The translations under genes and the position numbers were made by a program. 64,000 nucleotides of DNA from contig CM059431.1 in the NCBI GenBank assembly GCA_030390025.1, positions 139,688,001-139,752,000 of the forward strand, written 5' to 3'. The notes under the pieces were generated by a model. It worked only from the letters and a program-made list of their open reading frames with translations, did not search any database and had not been told where the DNA came from. Position 1 is the first letter of the stretch. Every line of letters starts with the position of its first letter. The DNA comes from Squalus acanthias. Taxonomy: Eukaryota. Shown piece after piece: positions 63,035 through 64,000 of the stretch.

Positions 63035-63145
63035 CCGACTTAGCCCCGCCCCCGGCCGACCCAGCCCTGCCGCCCCGCAGCCCCTCTGCCCCAGCCCCGC
63101 CGACCTAGCCCCGCAGCCCCTCCGACCCAGCCCCGCAGTCCCAGC
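63035..63145. repeat. Short GC-rich repeat (gacccagccccgc)
   Basis: Direct observation. Confidence 0.7.
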
Positions 63146-63289
63146 TATTTGTGCTGTAAATTAATTGCAGGGTCCAGGGACTGATTCCGAATGACATGGC
63201 GTGCAGCAAAGATCCTGGCTGGATACGATAGCCAAATACCCGACCTATCGGGTTGATGAGGCAAGATTACAGGTCTCCATAATAGCAGC

Positions 63290-64000
63290 TTTCATTTATA
63301 TACCTTCTTTAATATAATAAGGCGTTCCAAGGCACTTTGCAGAAGCGTTATCAAACAAAAATTGACACCGAGCCACATATTAGGACAGGGGACAAAAGCT
63401 TGGTCAAAGAGGTAGGTTTTAAGGAGCATCTTAAAGCAGAGAGGGGGAATTCCAGACTCTAGGGCAGTAGAAGGCATGGCAGCCAATGGTGGAGTGATTA
63501 AAATCGGGGGTGTGCAAGAGGCCAGAATTGGAGGATCGCAGAGATCTTGAGGGTTTAGGGTTGGAGGAGGTGACAGAGATAGTGAGTGGTGAGGCCATGG
63601 AAGGATTTGAAAACAAGGATGAGAATTTTTAAACCGGGGTGTTGCCGGATCGGGAGCCAATGTAGGTCATAAAGCAAATGGGTGATGGGTGGACGGGACT
63701 TGGTGCGAGTTTGGGCTGTGTTCAAGCTTATGGAGGGTGTGAGATGGGAGACCGACCAGCAGTGCTTTGGAATAGTCTTGTCTAGAGATAACGAAGGCAG
63801 GGAAGTGGGTTTCAGCAACAGATGAGCTGAGGCGGGGTGGAGACGGCAATGTTACGCAGGTGGAGGAAGAGGGTTTTGGTGATGGAGTGGATATGCGGTC
63901 GGATGCTGATCATAGGGTCTAATATGACAGCAAGTTTGCGAAAGGTCTGATTCAGCCTCAGACAGTGGGCAGGGAGAGGGATGGAGTCGATGCCTCGGGA
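63290..64000 (-). mobile_element. L2-type LINE 3' portion
   Basis: AFVISRQDYSKALLVGLP, ITHLLYDLHWLPI, KILILVFK. Confidence 0.85.

Overview
Repeat-rich vertebrate genomic DNA, very probably from a cartilaginous fish (inferred from a HE1/V-SINE-type SINE, abundant CR1 LINEs, and shark-type NLR and GPR139-like gene families). I found no clearly intact full-length host gene. Host-gene content: (1) three paralogous copies of the 5' end of an NLR (CARD-like/NACHT/LRR) gene. Copy A (+) has three intact exons and no NACHT exon after them. Copy B (-) is a full-length pseudogene. Copy C (-) retains only exon 1. There is also one orphan diverged exon. (2) Two decayed GPR139-like GPCR genes in a tandem duplication between the convergent NLR copies. 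The rest is nested CR1/L2 LINEs, SINEs, Harbinger remnants, MITEs, minisatellites and a 200-N gap. The most striking structures come from two families of Penelope-like retroelements (PLEs) carrying minimal hammerhead ribozymes. Two of these are head-to-head palindromic insertions with target-site duplications (TSDs): one of 2.36 kb in an NLR intron and one of 220 bp in the NLR promoter. In each, only one arm carries a 44-45-nt 3' tail. PLE hammerheads and inverted pLTRs are known in general, so these are notable examples rather than a proven new system. All calls were made by eye, without database searches.
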